A DNA stretch of 63,830 nt, filler included, from Rozella allomycis CSF55 (Eukaryota): assembly GCA_000442015.1 (NCBI GenBank). It is 14 parts of 14 records of this genome, joined end to end, with 100 filler letters (N's around TTAATTAATTAA, not from the genome) between each part and the next. Parts side by side here need not be neighbours in the genome. Positions count along the whole stretch, not along the records: positions 1 to 9,781 come from KE560536.1; positions 9,882 to 13,017 come from KE560542.1; 12 more parts are not named here. One strand, 5' to 3'. This document shows, one piece after another, positions 1 through 13,017 of the stretch. Position numbers and translations under genes: made by a program. The notes below the pieces were generated by a model. That model did no database searches. It was not told the origin of the DNA and saw nothing but the letters and a program-made list of their open reading frames with translations. Numbering within the stretch: the first letter of the stretch is position 1; the number at the start of each line of letters is the position of its first letter.

Positions 1-1425
1 GCAGGGTGAGGGGGATCAGGCGGAGGTGTTTTTGGTTAATGATGCGAGAGATAAGAGTTACCGGTATTGTGTGGAGAGGCAGGTGGTTGAACAAGTTACT
101 TGCTGTATGGATGTCGTGTGGTTGGCTACTGGACCTTTACCAGTTGGATTGTCACAATCATGTGGTTTGGAGAGAGGGGGTGTTTATTCTATAGATGGTC
201 AAGGGAATCTGCATTTGGGATCAGATGTTGTAGATTTTCTTCCAGTGGATTCGTGCATCGCGGCGTGTGCGAATACTAATGCACTCGTCTTGCAAATGTA
301 ATTAGATTGTGTTCTATGTGATTTATATAGAAATGATTCAGAGATTGTCGTTTACAACAAAAAGTGGCGTTATTTAAATTTAAAGGAACGGATTAAAGAC
401 CTTGGTATATTTAATAACCACATTTACATTTTTGCGTCGAAATTTTGCTACAGAATTGATATTTCAAATGATGAAAATACGATTAGTGCTTCGAAAGTTC
501 TGTTTAGATCAAACGGCAAAATTTATTACACATCTGTTGGACCGTGCGTCCTTTCCGTTTCGAATTCATTCGTGCGCCTCGAGTAAGAAGAAAATAATGT
601 AATGAAAGCAATTTAATATACGAAAACGTTATNTAATGAAAGCAATTCAATATACACAAATGTTATAGTTGAGCAAGGAAATACAAATATTATGGATGAA
701 ATCGATAAAAAATTGAGCATTCGACTTGATACAGTGAAAAACTCATTGGACAAGGTTATAGAAATAAAGAAGAATCCTCCTAATGTCAGATATGAAATTT
801 TAAAGAGGGATTTTAAAATAAAGTTTGNGGATTTTAAAATCAAGTTTGCTCTTGAATCAAATTCTTTTATGGAAGACATGAACGTCGTAGTCGAAATTAA
901 TGGAGACACAGCAGGTGTTACGTTTGAAGATGGCGCTGCTGAAATATCTATACCGAAAGATTTCCTCCATTTCTCAGTGGTGCTAAAAGTTTTCCCAAAA
1001 GGCATAGACAATAGTGTTTTTGTGCAAATATTTTCCAGAGAATTTAACATATTGGATTTTGGCGAATGCTACTCTGAGATACCATCAGACTATTTTTCAA
1101 CTAATAAACTGACATTTGAAGATTTAAAATTAGGATACTTGGAGATTCCCACTGAAAGGGCTCTTCTATTTATGCAGAACTTTCAATTGTAATGTTTTAG
1201 AGTTACATTGATTAGAAATAACATTTCCTGTTATATAGATTTCAAGCATTTCACTTTATTTATTGCTTCTGTGACAGGTAAATCAAATTTTAGTATGCAT
1301 GATAAGACAATGCCAAACTGAAAGTGATTCGAATATGGCCTTGGAAGTACAAGGAAAATTTTGTTAGTCTTTTAGAAACTCTATACTCTAGTAGTAACCT
1401 AATAAAAATGGATCACGATTATTGA
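1..1425 (+). CDS. 5'-truncated multi-exon gene of unknown function (beta-rich N-terminus, coiled coil, beta-sandwich-like region)
   Basis: ORFs 26-301 and 692-1192 join through small GT-AG introns to TGA at 1423-1425. Single-n joints at 633 and 828. No family recognised. Confidence 0.5.
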
Positions 1426-1452
1426 TTTTTTAAGTTTTAACTTTGCCACTTT

Positions 1453-2347
1453 ATGAATTTAGTGTCTGCAGATTATGGTTCTAGTTCAGACGAAGAAAAA
1501 CGCAATCCGTTAGACGCTCAAGGAAAAATAATCGGAACAAAGTTAAAGAATTCAAAGAAAATTCTTGTCAAATTTGAATCGGATTCGGAGCCAGACGACG
1601 TGGAAGAACAAAAAGCAAAAAAGCTTAAAAATGAGGTCATACATGTTCAAACAGAACCAAAAAAGCAAGAAAATAAAATTACTGAGCCAGATAGTGACGA
1701 CGTTAGCACGGCAGAATCCGGAGACGAAAATATTGTAGAAACACTTGAATTTGATGAAACGGAAGTAGATTTTGAAGCATCAACTTTATATGGAATTGAA
1801 GATTACATTGAAGAAAAGAAAAGACAGAGGGAAGAACAAAAAAACAATCCGGCAGGCGACACTTCTGACTACTTGTTGAGACCACAGTTGGGTGCATTAG
1901 CCCCTTCCCAAATCAACGTTCATGCAGCATCTATATATCAACCAGGTCATAATCATGATGAGTATACAACCCATGAGCTTTCAGAACTAAATGAAGAAGA
2001 TAATAATACGACATTGTCGAACGAGGCCGTAAAGTTCTTAAATTTATTTAATTTAGCTTATGGCTTTAGGTGGAAAACATTTTAAGCATAATGGCCCAGT
2101 TGAGATTGCCGATGTAACACAGAAAGATATATTAGAAGCTCCAATAGATTTTAGCTCTGGTTTAGGGGTAATTCGTCTATATTTTATTGGATATTAGATA
2201 CGTAAATTGACAAATGAAGATTTTGCCAAAAGAAACAATATATTCCAACTTTTGAAGATATCAAAACAACAAGGAGCATTCTTGGAAGAAGCTCATAATA
2301 AAGCCAAGAGTGTTAGAAGAGAAGCCGCTGCAAAATACGGTTGGTAA
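1453..2347 (+). CDS. PRCC: PRCC-like (mitotic checkpoint / spliceosome-associated) protein
   Basis: N-terminus MNLVSADYGSSSDEE; after two GT-AG introns (28, 30 nt) the C-terminus reads KRNNIFQLL...RREAAAKYGW*, matching the PRCC C-terminal pattern. Confidence 0.75.
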
Positions 2348-2729
2348 GAAAAGCAAATTTTGATTCCTATAATAAAGCTTGAATTTCCAATTTTCCAAGC
2401 ATTTTAATAGAAATTTTTTAAGATATTGAATTCCTTTTCATTTTGGCGTCTGAGTGAGGACAAGGATGGCAAAATGAAAATTTAGATTACCTTCTCATCT
2501 CTCGATAGAGGCAGTTGCGAATCACCTGAAACGCTCGGAATGATACACTTTGCATTGAGATCAATTTCCAGTTCCCCTCTTCTGTGATTAAATTTTGTAT
2601 TATCGAGTTTTAGTAACACTTTTTCTTACACGTTAATAATAGTGATCACTGTTAATTAGCATGCATAAAATGATTAATACATCTGGTCTCAGCAGTCAGC
2701 GGCTAAGCCCCAAATCTTATTTGTTCACC

Positions 2730-3438
2730 ATGACACTTCCTGGATATGACAGCAATAATATATGTGAGGACACTAAAACTAAAGCTGAATCCTGTGAAGG
2801 TACTCTTAGGGAAATCAATAATGATGAGATTAGTGCTGAGACATTGGAGATTACCAAAAATATAGTTAGAGATTTAAATTCAACCATACAAACCGCTAAT
2901 GAAGTAATTTTAAAGCTTGAAGATCAAGAAGGTAAAGTAGTTTGCCGGCCATTAATCAGAACAATTATACAACGCAGTAAAGAATACCTCTTGCGCAAAG
3001 TACAATGACAGATTTTCATTTTCAAAGCTTGAAGCGAAGAAAGTAAAAAAGTACTTAAAGTCATTCATATCGAAAATATTTAAACGGCCTTCAAAGGATG
3101 TTGTTACAGCAAGACGTGATATCAAAGATTTTGATATGAATAAAGCAACAGAAAAACGTCAAGTGAACGCCGTTCACAAGGAAACGTCGGAGATGATAGA
3201 AAAGATCAAGCACTTGTCTTCTACATCCATATCCTTGTGTGGAGACAGATTACCAGAAGATACCGTCGATGCAATAGAAAACGAAATAGATGATAATGTA
3301 AAATATATGTCAAAACATCTCAATGAATTAAGAACAACTGGTGTTAATATTATTAACTTGATCGATGCGCAAATTAAACTAATTGATGAACTAACCTTGA
3401 AAGCTAACGTGAACGATAGTGGTATGGTTGATAAATGA
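2730..3438 (+). CDS. Diverged Sec9/SNAP-25-like Qbc-SNARE paralog
   Basis: Collinear with 5553-6344, same phase-1 intron (28 nt), frame open after splicing, C-terminus about 8 aa shorter. Confidence 0.7.
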
Positions 3439-4200
3439 ATAATAAATCGGAAACTAATATTGAATATATTTAAAATAGTTTATGACCGATATTTAGACTC
3501 CATTTTTGGATACAATCAATTGTGCTTCATCAGTTCATCTTGAATACTTAGTACTTGTATATGTGCTTCAATTACGACAGAATTTATTTTTTGGAATACT
3601 ACTATTTGCTAGGTTGATATTCTATTGTGGAATAGTGGCAGGTGGCGGCGTTTTCTTAAGTTGTTATATGATTACTGTGAGAAGTGGCATTATCAATCCA
3701 AAAAATTACGAATAGGAAGTCTGGCGTAAACGGAAAAATTTTAAGATAATGCTAGATACGTATGACATTAACATTAATCTGCCGATTCATTTTTCTTCTT
3801 TAATGTGATGAAACTTCAAGTTCCAAGGAACTTGAAACACCAGTGCCATCGAATAGGACAATATTTCGCGTCATTTTGATATCCCAATAAAAACCCAAAT
3901 TTATTTATTTATTAATGTATTAATGAAGTCTTTAATACATAATAATCCTTGTTCAATAAAATATTTTCAACCAAACAGCGACACATCACTCATCAGTATC
4001 TATTTTTTTGAAAGTCATAAGTCAATAATCATATTCAACCATCTGTGAAATTCGTATAATGTAGCCACAGTACTAATGTCTGATATGATGTAAGATATTA
4101 TTAACAGAAGTATTAATTTGAGAAAGATTAATTTGCTCCAGTGACCACGTAGTAAATAAAACATTTTTGAATTCTTCAAATTAAAGAATGGTAAGAATGG

Positions 4201-5494
4201 ATGAAAAAACATGATTTCATAAAATTCCAAATGATTCTCGAAAAACTTCGCGATCCTTTTGAAGACAATCAAGTTTCCCAATTCACTGACAAGTTTATTC
4301 AACAAACTAATTCTGATGCACTAATTTGCAAGTGTTCAGCTGTACGAGCGAAATATCTTGATGATCCTTTTGCATTGGCTTTGTGCACAAGAGAATTCAA
4401 ATGCTCGCCGATTATGAACAGAGGTATACCAATAGTTACTTGGTAATATAGGAACTTTTGTTAGAACCAAAACGATTGACCAAATAGTTCTTTCCTTCAT
4501 TCAAAATTTCAAAGAATCCACGGTGCAGATACTGTCCCTTGGCGCAGGCTCTGACACTCGATTTTTTAATTTAATCAAAGTAATTTTCCGTTACGTATAT
4601 GAAAGAGAAGACATTATAGGAATATTAAGTATTTTGAAGTGGACTTTGCAGCTGTTAACGCTAAAAAATGCAACGTTATTAAAAGGAAAAAAGAGTTTCT
4701 CTCCTTATTAGACAACCCTCGAATAGGTATAAATAACTTATTGGAGCCATAGATATATCTGAGATTTACAGTGATGACTACTTTTTGTTGTCAGAAGACT
4801 TGCGCAATTTTAAGACTAAAGTAANATATTAGACAATCCTCGAATAGGTATAAATAACTTATCGGAGCCATAGATATTTCTGAGATTTACAGTGATGACT
4901 ATTTTTTGTTGTCAGAAGACTTGCGAAATTTTAAGACTAAAGTAATGCCAAAACTAATTACATGTGGATTTACTTACACGTAAATTTAGTAGTCTTCTAA
5001 TTTAAGAAACCCCACAATCGTTCTTTCAGAGTGTGTATTAATATATCTTGATTCCATTGTTGGAGATGCCATCATTTCAACTTTGTCCTCAGTTTTGACG
5101 ACTTCTTGTTTTGTCACATACGAGCAAATAAAACCGCATGATGCTTTTGGCTCGGTAATGATAGATAATCTAAAAGTATTTTAATTCATTTATTTTCACT
5201 CAGGCTAAGAACATATCTCTTTTGTCCATTGAAAAGTATCCCGATCTAATTGCCCAAAAGGAGCGATACTTAAGTTTAGGATGTGATTTTTCATTTTGTT
5301 TGGACATGTATGAAGTTTACCAAAAAATGATAACAGAAGATGAAAAAGAAAGGTACTTTTCCAACTATATTTTAAAAAGGATTGCTAAATTGGAGATCAT
5401 GGATGAGATTGAAGAATTTATATTGTTGCTCCAGCACTATTGCCTATTGGTAGCTTCTCATAATTTTAATATCTCGGACATAATAAAAATTTAA
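4201..5494 (+). CDS. PPM1: Leucine carboxyl methyltransferase 1
   Basis: IQQTNSDA, YLDDPF, SPIMNRGTFVRT, QILSLGAGSDTRFF, YFEVDF, SECVLIYL, LEIMDEIEEF..HYC. Six 26-28 nt GT-AG introns; duplicated segment at n4825. Confidence 0.92.
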
Positions 5495-5552
5495 ATGTCT
5501 AATTTTATTGCGATTTCGACGTCCCAGCCACTCAGCCACATATTTGTTCGCT

Positions 5553-6344
5553 ATGACACGTTATGGATCCGACAGCAATAATCCGTTTGCCGAAGACCTT
5601 TTAAAAGAACACAACCCATACTATCGTGATTATACTATTAAGGACAACAAATATGATGAAGATGAGTTTAGATACCTACATTCTGAGATTAAGAATGTAC
5701 AAAGCGATACATTACGGAGTACCAGGAATATTGTTAGAACTATAAATTCGACGAAAGAATCCGCTAATGAAACTTTGCTAAAGCTTGAAGGTCAGAAAGG
5801 TAAGGAAATTACCGAAGATTAATTAGAACAATTGGACAACGCAGAAAAGAATGCTTTGAGCGCAAAGTATAATACCAGCATTTCAAAGCTTGAAGCAAAG
5901 GAAGTGAAAAAGTACTCCAAGCTATTCAATATTTCCTTACCGAAAATATTTAAAAGAACTTCAAAAGAGGAGAAAGATATAATTAAAGCAAGAAGTGATG
6001 TAAATGAGTTTGGGATCAATAAAACACTGGAAAAATCGAAGAAACAACCAAAGCATGTTGTTCGCAAGGAGACGTCGGAGTTGCAAGAAAAGATGGAGCA
6101 CCTATCTTCGACATCCATGTTTGGAGGCAGATTAGCAGATGACGATTTTAACGCGAAAGAAAAGGAAATAGATGATAATTTGAACTACGTGTCCAAACAT
6201 CTCGCCGAACTAAAAATGATGGGATTAGAAATGACTAGCTCCCTTGATGCACAATCCAAGCAAATTGATAGAATAGCATGTAAAGCTGACGAAGTCGACA
6301 ATGACATGGTCGATACTATGGGTATTCTTAAACGATATGAATAA
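5553..6344 (+). CDS. SEC9: Sec9/SNAP-25-like Qbc-SNARE
   Basis: Two SNARE motifs (DTLRSTRNIVR...TLLKLEGQKEQL; EKEIDDNLNYVSKHLAELKMMGLEM...QSKQIDRI); one 27-nt intron. Confidence 0.85.
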
Positions 6345-6517
6345 TATATGCGTAAACCAATATTACCATATAATGACAATAAATTTAATTAGTGTAGCCT
6401 ATGTTTAGACTTCTTTGATTAGTTCAGCGATTGGTCAGGCGACATGCTTACTCTTCCAAAAATAGAACTCCAAAACAATATTAACCCAATTTAAGCTTCT
6501 CATGTATTAATCTCCGA

Positions 6518-9086
6518 ATGAGCAAACAATCAGATTCATCATTCTTTGTAAAATCAGAAAATGTAGTCCCTGCGGGCAAGCCCCTTCACTTGGAAAAGAG
6601 ATTTCCAAAGGAATCTAGTTCGGCAGATGTTCAACAAACCGTAGAAACTAATCGAAAAGCAATTCAAGAAGCCAAACAACAAAAGTTGGCCGAAAATAAT
6701 CAACGAAAACTCACTGCTGTTGAAGAACATAGAAGAAAAACGAATCAGGAAGTTGAGCAGAAGCTTGCAGAATTGCAGGATGCCTTGTTAAAGGCCGAGA
6801 ATAATAGAACATTGGTGGTTCAAAAGATTATTAATCAAGCCAAGGAGACTAATTCAGTTGTCAAAGAGAAGGCTGTTCAAGCAATGAACCAAAGAAACAC
6901 TATGAGCAGAGCAAAAAGAAGAGAGCTGGAAAGAAAATTGAACATGGCTGCGTTTAGAAGAGATAGATTTTTAAGAGTCCCGAGATCAAAGTTACTGGAA
7001 ACAGTGCAGCATGGTTTGAAGGAAGATCACGAGGCGGCAACTTTAATTCAAAAGTGGTATAGGGGCAGGAAATTTAACAAAGTTATCAAGCCTTTCTTGA
7101 AGACCAATCTTAATGCGAATTCTGTGAAATCAATGACGTTTGAAGAGTTGGGACAGAAAATGCAAGATAAGTCAATCATACATGCAGTTTTAAGCTTATT
7201 GAAGAGTGTTTACACGGCAACTGAAGGTTCTATAAGAAAGATGAAACAGCCAGAACGGGTTTTCTTGTCATCATTTTTGATCATATCCCATCCTAAAGCT
7301 ATATTTGAAACCGTTACATTTCAAGAAGAGGAATTAATAGAAAAGGCCAATGTATTACAAAAAAGTCTTGAAGAATGGATTGGAGAATACAAAACAGAAA
7401 GAGGAACAAAATTAATGATAGAATTCGTTATAAATTTCGACGAGTTTTATTCACTTTTTGAAAATTGGAAAAACAAAGACAAGAAGAAATACATTGAAAA
7501 ATTGATTCAGCATTATCTTGAACTTGAACAACTTTGGAACTCTGTTTCCGATCAAGTAGATTTTGACACTCAATGGAAGCCAAAGTTGAGCGGACAAAAG
7601 GACCGATTAGAAAAAGAATTACTAAAAATTGGAGGCGAACAAGCATTGCAGAATTTAAAGGAAAAATTGGAGTCATTTGAACCAGTGAACCAAACAATTA
7701 ACCAAAAACAAACTGTGTATAATGATAGTGTTGTCCCAGAAAACAAAAGGGTTGATTCTGATCCAGTGGATGAGTTATCTGTACCAAATGATTTATCTAG
7801 TTTTGGTATGACGAATGAATATTTGGCACACGAGCTTGTTTTAGATTCACAGTTTGAGTTGAAAGAAAACGAAGATGCCAGAGTGAAAGAGATTAAAAAT
7901 ATAGCAAAGAGAGCATTTTTTGATAATGTTAGAAAAGAATTCAATGAAAATAGATTTGAAAAGTGGATTCCTGCATTGTTTGAAGATATTAAGAATCAAT
8001 TGCTAGAAATGGTCCAAAGTAATCAAAGTCTTGTCAAGGAAATAAATGAATCCATCGATATTGAATTAATTAAACAGCAAACACAGCACAACGTTCTTGA
8101 TACTAAAGGTCTGTTCCAGTATTGCATTAACAAATTGAAGTCCTTTTGCGCTCCATTCAGAGATCCTGCGGTAAGGAAAATAGAAAACATGGATTTGTCG
8201 GATTTAACATCTGTTTTTGTCGAAATATTCGACCTATTAGACTTGATGAANTGAAATATTTGACTTATTAGACTTGATGAAACTTGACTTGGCTAATTTC
8301 AAATTATCTCAATTGAAGCCCCATCTTAAGCAGCAGATAATTCCTTATGAACAAGCAAAATTTAAGGCTTTGGTTGACGGTGGATTAGAGCTAAAGGTAA
8401 CACGCGAATGGCTGAAGGGCATTTGTGAGACTGCAAATGCAACTGCAACAACTAGAAACCCAGAACAAATAAATCTCCCTGAAAATAAGCCAAAAATGAA
8501 TGAAGTATTTGTAGATGCCATGTTAAGTTTATTATCGTCTTCGGTGGCAGTGATTGGTGAAAAGTGTCCCGAAACATTACGGTTAGATGAATCAAGAATA
8601 GTTAAAATGCAAAATGAGCTTCAAGCAATCGCAATTGTTGCATCCTTACTTATGCTAATGAAAACCACGTTTGTAGAGCTTCGAAGAAATATGACAGAAT
8701 TAAAAAAGATGAGAGATATACTTCTTCTTTTACTTCAAGATCCATCAACAACCATTTCGCATTTACAAGTTCAATTGCTAGACTCTGTTAAAACTGTCAA
8801 AGGATCCGTCACCAGTGAAGAAGAAAAGTTACTGAATACAATGGTTGACAAAACATTGTCTTTTAAAGATACAGTGTATATTATGGTTCAAAGACGCATT
8901 ATTGGTGTGATCAGAAGCTACGTATTGACAGGAAAGTTTAAGCCTGAAATACTTCCAAGGCAAGGTCTTGATCTTGTTGCTAATGAGTTGGCACAATTAG
9001 CTGATAAGTTTATCCTATTAGTTGAACACAATCGCCAGGTTCATGCACCATGGTACGATGAAATCATAAATGAATTTATTCAATAA
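6518..9086 (+). CDS. T-complex protein 11 (Tcp11/Sok1) family protein with IQ motif
   Basis: AATLIQKWYR IQ motif; LAHELVLD, AKRAFFD, FCAPFRD, MKLDLANF, PETLRLD, HNRQVHAPWY. Frame break is the duplication at n8251. Confidence 0.9.
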
Positions 9087-9523
9087 CGTCAAATGAATAA
9101 ACATAAATTTATCACCTCTTCATTTGTAATCATTTTAGAATGAATTATTCTTGTTTGATCTAATTTATATATAAAAAGCCTATGACGTACAAAATCTTTT
9201 TAGAAAGCTATGGGTCCCAACTATTGGAGAAATGATGAGAGAAAAAAACACTATATAGAAAGATGATTAACTCTAAAGTATTTAAAACAAACAATAATAT
9301 ATTTAAAATTAATTTGTTAATGGACACAAATACGCAAGAATAATAACATGACTCCTGCGAGGCGTTCATTCTGCGGGTCTTTGGCTATTGCAAGTAGTTA
9401 TCAAACCATAATGTGATACAAATTTGCTTCAGTGCGGTATTTGCTGCCTATAGAATTGTCTCTTTTGCTACTATTGCTATTGTCCTTCGCGAAGTTGCTC
9501 ATTTCTTGTCTCCAACCCCTGGC

Positions 9524-9781
9524 ATGAAGGTCAACAAAATCTCAGTTAAAGTAGCTCCCTGGAAAGGCAAAAAAATAACAAAACAATTTGAAGCTGTTCT
9601 TATCAACAAGAAAATTGATGTTGCTCAAATCTGCTCCATGGAGAAATGGGCCCAAGCGTTCATGGTGGATGACTCTGGAAAAATCATTCTTATTCCTGTT
9701 GATCCAGATGGAATGTCCAAACTTGAGTTCAATAATGGTGATGTTATCACCTTAAAGGGTCCTCCTGAGGCTAGTAATAAT
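9524..9781 (+). CDS. 3'-truncated ORF, possible ubiquitin-like (beta-grasp) N-terminal domain
   Basis: ATG 9524 MKVNKISVKV...NGDVITLKG runs into the contig end. Fold guess from pattern only. Confidence 0.35.
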
Positions 9782-9881
9782 NNNNNNNNNNNNNNNNNNN
9801 NNNNNNNNNNNNNNNNNNNNNNNNNTTAATTAATTAANNNNNNNNNNNNNNNNNNNNNNNNNNNNNNNNNNNNNNNNNNNN
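9782..9881. other. Artificial contig linker N44-TTAATTAATTAA-N44 (first of 13)
   Basis: Identical 100-nt linker with stops in all six frames, also starting at 13018, 16336, 24025, 33629, 37979, 39583, 46739, 55798, 58220, 59504, 61234, 62648. Confidence 0.98.
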
Positions 9882-11593
9882 ATCACCTTTTCTTTAAACT
9901 CTTTGTCAAAGAATTCCAAATCTGAAACATCACGAATGACTCCTTTGGGTAAATAATCAATAACTTTGGACGCTTGATCGCGAAGGATTCTTTGTCTTTC
10001 TTGCTCAATTACTTGTCTTCTAAATTCATCTAGTTGACGAATTTTGTCGTCTTCTGAAAGTTCCCTTTGTAGTTCTTGCTCTCTGCGATGCCTCTTCTCT
10101 TCAATCAATTGATCAACGGCTCTCTTATGCTCTTGTTGTTTCATGCGACGTTTTTGAGCGCTCATTTGCTCAATCCTTTCATCCTCTGCGTATTTTTGTA
10201 GTAACTTTATGGACATCAACGATAATTCTTACCTGTTTTCTAAGGAGCTCTTCATTGTCTCTTTCCTTTTCAGCTATTCTCTTTTTCTCCTCTAGTTGCC
10301 TTTGATATGAATCTATCATATCCAATTTTGCCTTTATTCTCTTTTCCATTGCTTCCTATAATCTATTTTTAGAATTTAGGGTACTCTTTCTCTTTCCCTT
10401 TCTTTTTGTTCCATTTCATCCATGTAGATCTCCAGTTTTAATTCTTCAAGCTCAGCTTTTTCCTGCTCCTGGTGAGCCATTTGACTGGCAAGCTAAAATG
10501 TTTAAAAAGAATCATTTACTTTTGTGTACAATACAGAGTGTCTTTCTTCCTCGGCTTTTCTCAATTCTTTCAATTCATTTTCTCTTTGATTTTTCTTTTC
10601 AAGATATTCCAAAATTTTCTGATCTTCATCAACCATCTTTTTCTTTTCCAATTCTATTCTCTCGCGTCTATCCTTTAAAAATTCTTCAATAAATTGGCGT
10701 GTTTCATTCTGCTTTTCGTATTTCTTTCTTTGAACTCTTATACTTAGCGATTAAAGGATTATTTACGATTCGTCTTCTGCAATTATTTTGCAAACTAATT
10801 CATCAATCATTTGCTTTTCTTTCATAAACAATTCAAATTCTTGCTCCCTGCGATTTCTCTTCTCTTCAAATTGTTTCAGTAATGCTTCCTTCTGTTCAAC
10901 ACCTTTTATGTGTCTTTCAATCTCTTCTTTTTTTTCTTTTTCTTCAAAATCATTGTACAATTTGCATTTTTCCTGAGCTTTTTCCAATTCGAACAACTGA
11001 TACATCCTAATAGAATTCAATTACTCTCTCTTTTTCCTCCCTTATCTTCTTTTCCTTCATTTGAAGTATTAGTTCTTTATTAGTAAAGGCAGAGCTCAAT
11101 TTTTTTTCCAATTCCCTAATCTCTGCAGACTCACTTCTTATTTTCTTGACTAACAATTCGTAACTGTGTAATTGTCTTTGTTTTTCTTCCTCCTCTCTAT
11201 ATTTTTCTTCTTCAATTTGCCTTTCCTTTTTTTTATTTTGCAGCTCCACCAACTAGTTAGTCTCCATATATATCGAAAGTTACTCGTTCTTCTTCTTGCC
11301 TCTGTTTTTCTTCCTTTTCGANACTCCACCAACTACTCTCTATATACATCGAAAGTTACTCGTTCTTCTTCTTGCCTCTGTTTTTCTTCCTTTTCGATTT
11401 CAGATTTCTTTTTCATTAATCTTTTCCTCTGAAGCCTTTCATCTGAATCTACAGATGTACGTATTCTTTGTTCAATAGACATGGACTTCCTCAAATTATC
11501 AATTTCAAGTTCTTTTTGTCGTTGAAGTGATAAATTTCGATCGTTTAAAATGTGATATAAAGTCTTTTTTACTTTGAATAAAGATTTTACCAT
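9882..11593 (-). CDS. MNS1: Meiosis-specific nuclear structural protein 1 (axonemal microtubule inner protein), 3'-truncated
   Basis: IRSESAEIRELEKKL, KYAEDERIEQMSAQKRRMKQQEHKRAV, ERQRILR..YLPKGVI; 27-30 nt introns; duplication at n11322. Confidence 0.9.
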
Positions 11594-11873
11594 TTACTTA
11601 ACGGTTGTTAAGATGCCCTTGGTATTGTAAATATGAAAATCCTTTGTCGTGTTTTACAGGTTGAAACAGAGTAACTGTGAATAAATTGGCCATTTGGTAT
11701 TTCAAATAATTAAATTGAGTTTATTTTAGGATTGGTACATCATGCCACTTAATTGCTGTCTTGATTAATTTTGCTATTTTCTGTTAGACTGGCATTTTGN
11801 ATGAATAAATTGGCCATTTGGTATTTCAAATAATTAAATTGTAGTCAATTGAGTTTATTTTAGGATTGGTACA

Positions 11874-12140
11874 TCATGCCACATAATTGCTGTCTTGATT
11901 AATTTTGCTATTTTCTGTTAGACTGGCATTTTGTATCAAATGATCAAGGTTTTTATTCTCGTCATCGATTTTAATATCTAAAATATATGGGTTTTCATCC
12001 GGCCGATCTTTTACTTCATCAATATGACTCGATTTCAAATAGCGATTTTCAATCTTAGTAGTGATGGCCGTTTTTGGTATTGCAATAAATTTGTTGGTCT
12101 GGAAATCACATGATGATTTTATTTTCTCATTGGAATTCAT
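11874..12140 (-). CDS. Short hypothetical ORF
   Basis: About 88 aa from ATG 12140; 3' part duplicated at n11800. No homology recognised. Confidence 0.25.
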   Translation of the reverse strand: MNSNEKIKSSCDFQTNKFIAIPKTAITTKIENRYLKSSHIDEVKDRPDENPYILDIKIDDENKNLDHLIQNASLTENSKINQDSNYVA

Positions 12141-12220
12141 TGGTATTATATTCTTCCTATTGCTGATAAATGATAATTGAAATTCGCATGTCCAACTCAA
12201 TAAAAATGCCGGAAAATTAT

Positions 12221-13017
12221 TTATTTTGAATCCGCCAATTTATCACTCCTTGGTTTATCGATTATGTATGCACGTCCAAATATATCAGGTTCTTTGTGAC
12301 TTTTATCCATGGTCCAGAATTCATCTATTTGTTAAATACAGGCAGCAATTACCTTTAGCTGTGTATCGAGTAAGAGGAACGTCAAAAGGAAGTGGGAAGT
12401 AAATGCATTTGTCGCTTGACTTTTCTGGATTATAAGTGAAAGAATACTATTATGTAAGTAGAGATTGATTACTTCTGGGCCAAAAAGAGAGGGGCAGATA
12501 AAGACTCCTAATNCTATAAGTGAAAGAATACTATTATGTAAGTAGGGATTGATTACTTCTGGGCCAAAAAGAGTGGGGCAGATAAAGACTCCTAATTCGT
12601 AATTCATCATGAATAATTGGCTTCCATTCTTTTCCTTAGCCCCCCTTTCATAAAGCCAAGAAATAAATACCATGCTGCTTTGGAAAGATTGGCACTAGTG
12701 ACTACCACGTATTTTATGGTCTCAGTAGTTTCATCGAGGCGACAGTATATCAAATATGAAGGAAATGGATACTTTTACTTTTGAATGAGGAATATTTCCA
12801 GTTCTAGTTGATTTATCAGCTTTCCATGAATGGCAAAGAGGCAATAGGAAATCCCTTTGCTTTTCCAAAATACTAAAGCGTGCTGGAAGGCAGTCTCCCC
12901 CATCATATCCTTCGACACTATGAAATTTAGTAGAGTTGCTTACGATTCTCTAACATTTAACACGGTAGGATAGATAAGTTTTAGCATGGAAGGCGAGTAC
13001 CCAGCTAAATAATTGAC
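12221..13017 (-). CDS. TDP1: Tyrosyl-DNA phosphodiesterase 1, C-terminal part (5'-truncated)
   Basis: Spliced: YPTVLNVRESVEGYDGGDCLP...IPHSK|IYCR...VVTSANLSKAAWG...NYELGV...LPFDVPLTRY...EPDIFG. Four GT-AG introns plus one apparent GT-TG intron. Confidence 0.93.

Noticed and set aside
405-434. 30-nt GT...TG segment as another non-canonical intron
   Set aside because: Frame is open without splicing, so no intron is required.
8222-8280. Apparent frameshift splitting Tcp11
   Set aside because: Short duplicate at n8251; the halves form one protein.
9782-9881. Recurring TTAATTAATTAA palindrome
   Set aside because: Artificial linker; neighbours across it are not real synteny.
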